Shown here: positions 61,155 to 64,000 of the stretch, one piece after another
Position numbering within the stretch: position 1 is the first letter of the stretch
Layout of the letters: the number at the start of each line of letters is the position of its first letter
DNA from: Candidatus Poribacteria bacterium
GTDB lineage: Bacteria > Poribacteria > WGA-4E > WGA-3G
DNA: 64,000 nt
NCBI GenBank assembly: GCA_963663765.2
Contig: CAXXUA010000003.1
Coordinates: forward strand, 512,001 to 576,000
Reading direction: 5' to 3'
The notes under the pieces: generated by a model
The model's input: only the letters and a program-made list of their open reading frames with translations
Told to the model about the DNA's origin: nothing
Databases searched by the model: none
Position numbers and translations under genes: made by a program

Positions 61155-64000
61155 CTATTTTAAAATAACCATTTTACGCAGGAAAGACACACTGTCTGCC
61201 TGCAGTTGATAAACATAGATACCGTTTGCCACTCGTTCACCGAGATTGTTCCGACCATCCCAATGCGCAGCACTGCTTCGGGTTTTGTAGTATCCTGCCC
61301 GCTGATGCCCCAAGTCCAGTCGACGCACAATAACGCCACGAGCATCGTAAATCGTAATCTGCACGTTGCTGGCATTTGCCAACTGATACGGTATCCACGT
61401 CTCAGGATTGAACGGATTGGGAAAGTTTGACAGCAAGGCGGTATTATCAGGAATTTCAGGTGATGTTTGAACGGATGGCGCAGCATTGGCTACATCGGTG
61501 ACATTGATTGTAACGGTGATGATATCAAGACCGTTTTTCCCATCATCAACAGATACTGTTACCGTATAGGATGTCTTTATTTCATAATCAAGTGTAGCCT
61601 TCGTTTGTAGCTGCCCGCTTGTGCTAACAATATCAAACGAAGCAGCATCCGTGCCGCTGAGTGAATATGTAAGTGTATCACTGGTATCTGAATCCGTTGC
61701 AGCCACTGGTGTGCCGATGCTTTGACCGGCTTCTGTATTTTCTGCAACGGATCGGGTGGTGCTGTCTCCGTCAGGAAACACAGGCGGGTTGTTATTAATG
61801 TCAATATTAATGTCAATATTAGGATTATTTTCCTTGAGTCTGCGGAGCGGACCGTAATCTGAAATCGGGTTTCCGATGATATATAATGTATTCAGTGAAG
61901 TCAAACCTTCAAGTTCAGAGACATCACTGATTTGGTTACTGCTGAGAGATAATTTTTTCAGTTTTGTGTTATTATCAAACACACCAGTGGGTAATGAGGT
62001 CAGAGCATTACTGCCTATCCAAAGATCTTTCAGTTTTGTGTTATTGTCAAACACACCAGTAGGTAACGAAGTCAGATCATTGCTGCCCAGCGCAAGTTCT
62101 CTTAGATTTGTGTTATTATCAAACACATTAGCAGGCAACGAAGTCAGCGCGTTGCTGCCCAGCACAAGCCATTCCAGTTTTGTGTTATTGTCAAACACAT
62201 TAGTGGGTAACGAAGTCAGCTCGTTGCGGCTTAGCCAAAGATCTTTCAGTTCAGTGTTATTGTCAAACACATTAGCGGGCAAAGAGGTCAGATCGTTGTT
62301 GTTCAGCGTAAGCCATTCCAGTTTTGTATTGTTGTTAAACACATTAGCGGGTAATGCGGTCAGATCGTTATTGTTCAGAGCTAGGTCTGTCAGATTTATG
62401 TTATTGTCAAACACATTAGCGGGTAATGCGGTCAGATCGTTATTGTCCAGAGATAGGTATGTCAGATTTGTGTTATTGTCAAACACATTAGCGGGTAACG
62501 AAGTCAGATCGTTATGATACAGGTAGAGATCTGTTAGTTTTGTGTTATTGTCAAACACATTAGCGGACAATGCGGTCAGATCGTTATCAGACAGGTAGAG
62601 GTCTGTCAGTTTTGTATTATTGTCAAACACATTAGCGGGTAAAGAGGTCAGACCGTTATGATACAGGTAGAGTTCTGTCAGTTTTGTGTTATTGTCAAAC
62701 ACACCAGCGGGTAACGAGGTCAGACCGTTAAAATGCAGCAATAGAGTTTTCAGTTTTGTATTATTGTCAAAGACACCAGCGGGTAACGAGGTCAGATCGT
62801 TTTTATACAGACTGATCCCTGTGAGTTTCGTGAGTTTGCCGAATACATCAGATCGCAACGAATTCAGTCCACTCCCACCAAACGAAAGGTATGTCAGTTT
62901 TGTGTTATTGTCAAACACTCCAGCGGGTAACGTTGTAAAATAGCATCCACCCAGTTCAATGGATCTCAGTTCAGTGTTTTCGTCAAAGACACCAGCGGGT
63001 AAAGATTTTAGACCGGTGTAGTAAAGACTAAGAGTTCTTAGCGCGGTCATACCGGAGAAATCACCTACTTTCAATGTGTTCATTTTTTTGTTATAAAGAT
63101 TCAGATCATCAATCTGCTGAAGATGTTCTGATGTCACATCTTCAGCAGAATCCACACCTGCTGCCTTCACGATTGCATTCCGCACATGTGATGTGCGTTC
63201 ACTGATTGGGACAATTATAGTTTCTGTCACGTCAGTGACATTGATAGTGACCGTGATTTCATCCTCGCCACTATTGCCATCAGAGACAGAAATGGTTACC
63301 GTATAAGAGGTTTTTGTTTCATAATCAAGTGCAGCATTCGTCTGTAGCTGCCCGCTCGTGTTGACGATGCTAAACGATGTCGCATCCGTACCACTGAGAG
63401 TATATGTAAGCGTATCGTTATCCGCATCGGTTGCAGCAACAGGGTCTCCGATGTTCTGCTCAGATTCCGTATTTTCCACAACTGACCGGGTTGTGCTATC
63501 GCCATCGGTGAATTCAGGGGTACGGTTTTCGTCCACATCAGTGACACTAATAGTGACCGTGATACTATCTCTACCACCATTCCCATCAGACACTGTGATT
63601 GTCAAGGAATAAGATGTCTTGGTTTCATAATTTATGGCTGATCTTGTTAGCAGCTGCCCGTTTGTAGTGTTAATGCTAAATGAGGCAGCATCCGTCCCAC
63701 TGAAACTATAAGTAAGATCATCGTCATCTGCATCGGTTGCCCCAATCGCACTCCCGATATTCACGCCGGATCCCGTATTCTCCGCAACAGAGCGGGTTAT
63801 GCTATCGCCATCTGTAAACACAGGTGCGCGGTTCTCGTCCACATCCGCCACATTGATTGTAATATCAATTTCGTCTGTGAGTGTTCCATCAGACACAGTG
63901 ATTGTGACAGAATAGGAGTCTTTTGTTTCGTAATCCAGAGCGGCTTTCGTTCGCAAATGTCCTGAGCTGCTATCAATGCCAAACGAGGCAGCATCCGTTC
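61155..64000 (-). CDS. Cadherin-repeat + 24-aa LRR protein with FlgD/T9SS-like C-terminal domain (5' end probably beyond the window)
   Basis: LDYETK/NRAPVF cadherin repeats; LTSLPAGVFDNNTKL repeats; LLSNFPNPFNPETWIPYQLA. Confidence 0.88.
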   Translation of the reverse strand, partial: TDAASFGIDSSSGHLRTKAALDYETKDSYSVTITVSDGTLTDEIDITINVADVDENRAPVFTDGDSITRSVAENTGSGVNIGSAIGATDADDDDLTYSFSGTDAASFSINTTNGQLLTRSAINYETKTSYSLTITVSDGNGGRDSITVTISVTDVDENRTPEFTDGDSTTRSVVENTESEQNIGDPVAATDADNDTLTYTLSGTDATSFSIVNTSGQLQTNAALDYETKTSYTVTISVSDGNSGEDEITVTINVTDVTETIIVPISERTSHVRNAIVKAAGVDSAEDVTSEHLQQIDDLNLYNKKMNTLKVGDFSGMTALRTLSLYYTGLKSLPAGVFDENTELRSIELGGCYFTTLPAGVFDNNTKLTYLSFGGSGLNSLRSDVFGKLTKLTGISLYKNDLTSLPAGVFDNNTKLKTLLLHFNGLTSLPAGVFDNNTKLTELYLYHNGLTSLPANVFDNNTKLTDLYLSDNDLTALSANVFDNNTKLTDLYLYHNDLTSLPANVFDNNTNLTYLSLDNNDLTALPANVFDNNINLTDLALNNNDLTALPANVFNNNTKLEWLTLNNNDLTSLPANVFDNNTELKDLWLSRNELTSLPTNVFDNNTKLEWLVLGSNALTSLPANVFDNNTNLRELALGSNDLTSLPTGVFDNNTKLKDLWIGSNALTSLPTGVFDNNTKLKKLSLSSNQISDVSELEGLTSLNTLYIIGNPISDYGPLRRLKENNPNIDINIDINNNPPVFPDGDSTTRSVAENTEAGQSIGTPVAATDSDTSDTLTYSLSGTDAASFDIVSTSGQLQTKATLDYEIKTSYTVTVSVDDGKNGLDIITVTINVTDVANAAPSVQTSPEIPDNTALLSNFPNPFNPETWIPYQLANASNVQITIYDARGVIVRRLDLGHQRAGYYKTRSSAAHWDGRNNLGERVANGIYVYQLQADSVSFLRKMVILK

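Noticed and set aside
61876-62943. Plus-strand ORFs antisense to the LRR repeats
   Set aside because: Stop-free shadows caused by repeat codon bias.
1-64000. tRNA, rRNA, reverse transcriptase, integrase or RAYT gene
   Set aside because: No recognisable motifs were found by eye; a covariance-model or HMM scan would be needed to exclude them fully.

Overview
AT-rich bacterial window, most likely from a Candidatus Poribacteria-like sponge symbiont. This is an inference from the WD40, LRR, LamG and cadherin proteins, the LLxNYPNPFNPETWIPYQLA C-termini and the sulfatases. About 45 CDS cover housekeeping and catabolic functions (SurA-like, class III aminotransferase, E1-beta, hflKC, pectate lyase, two sulfatases, MoxR, argG, gspG, ALDH, MoeB, Gfo/Idh/MocA), plus a block of large secreted LRR proteins. 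There are two decayed IS200/IS605 tnpB copies and a decayed DUF1670 gene pair. No rRNA, tRNA or CRISPR array was seen. The main non-coding signal is a layered repeat ecosystem. At least 7 families of TIR-bounded miniature elements with family-specific target duplications (9, 8, 6, 5, 3 and 2 bp) mostly carry GTAG-type REP hairpins and are often nested or tandemly amplified. Inside them sits a ~36-nt hairpin micro-element that inserts without a TSD into several different REP stems and into itself. Other highlights: codon-level NNT/NNC hypervariation in a giant LRR gene with an in-frame TAG, a zinc-ligand-free Cu-SOD lipoprotein split by a ~210-aa His-rich insert, and an in-frame TGA in an enolase-superfamily gene. 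All family assignments are from motif recognition by eye; no database search was run.
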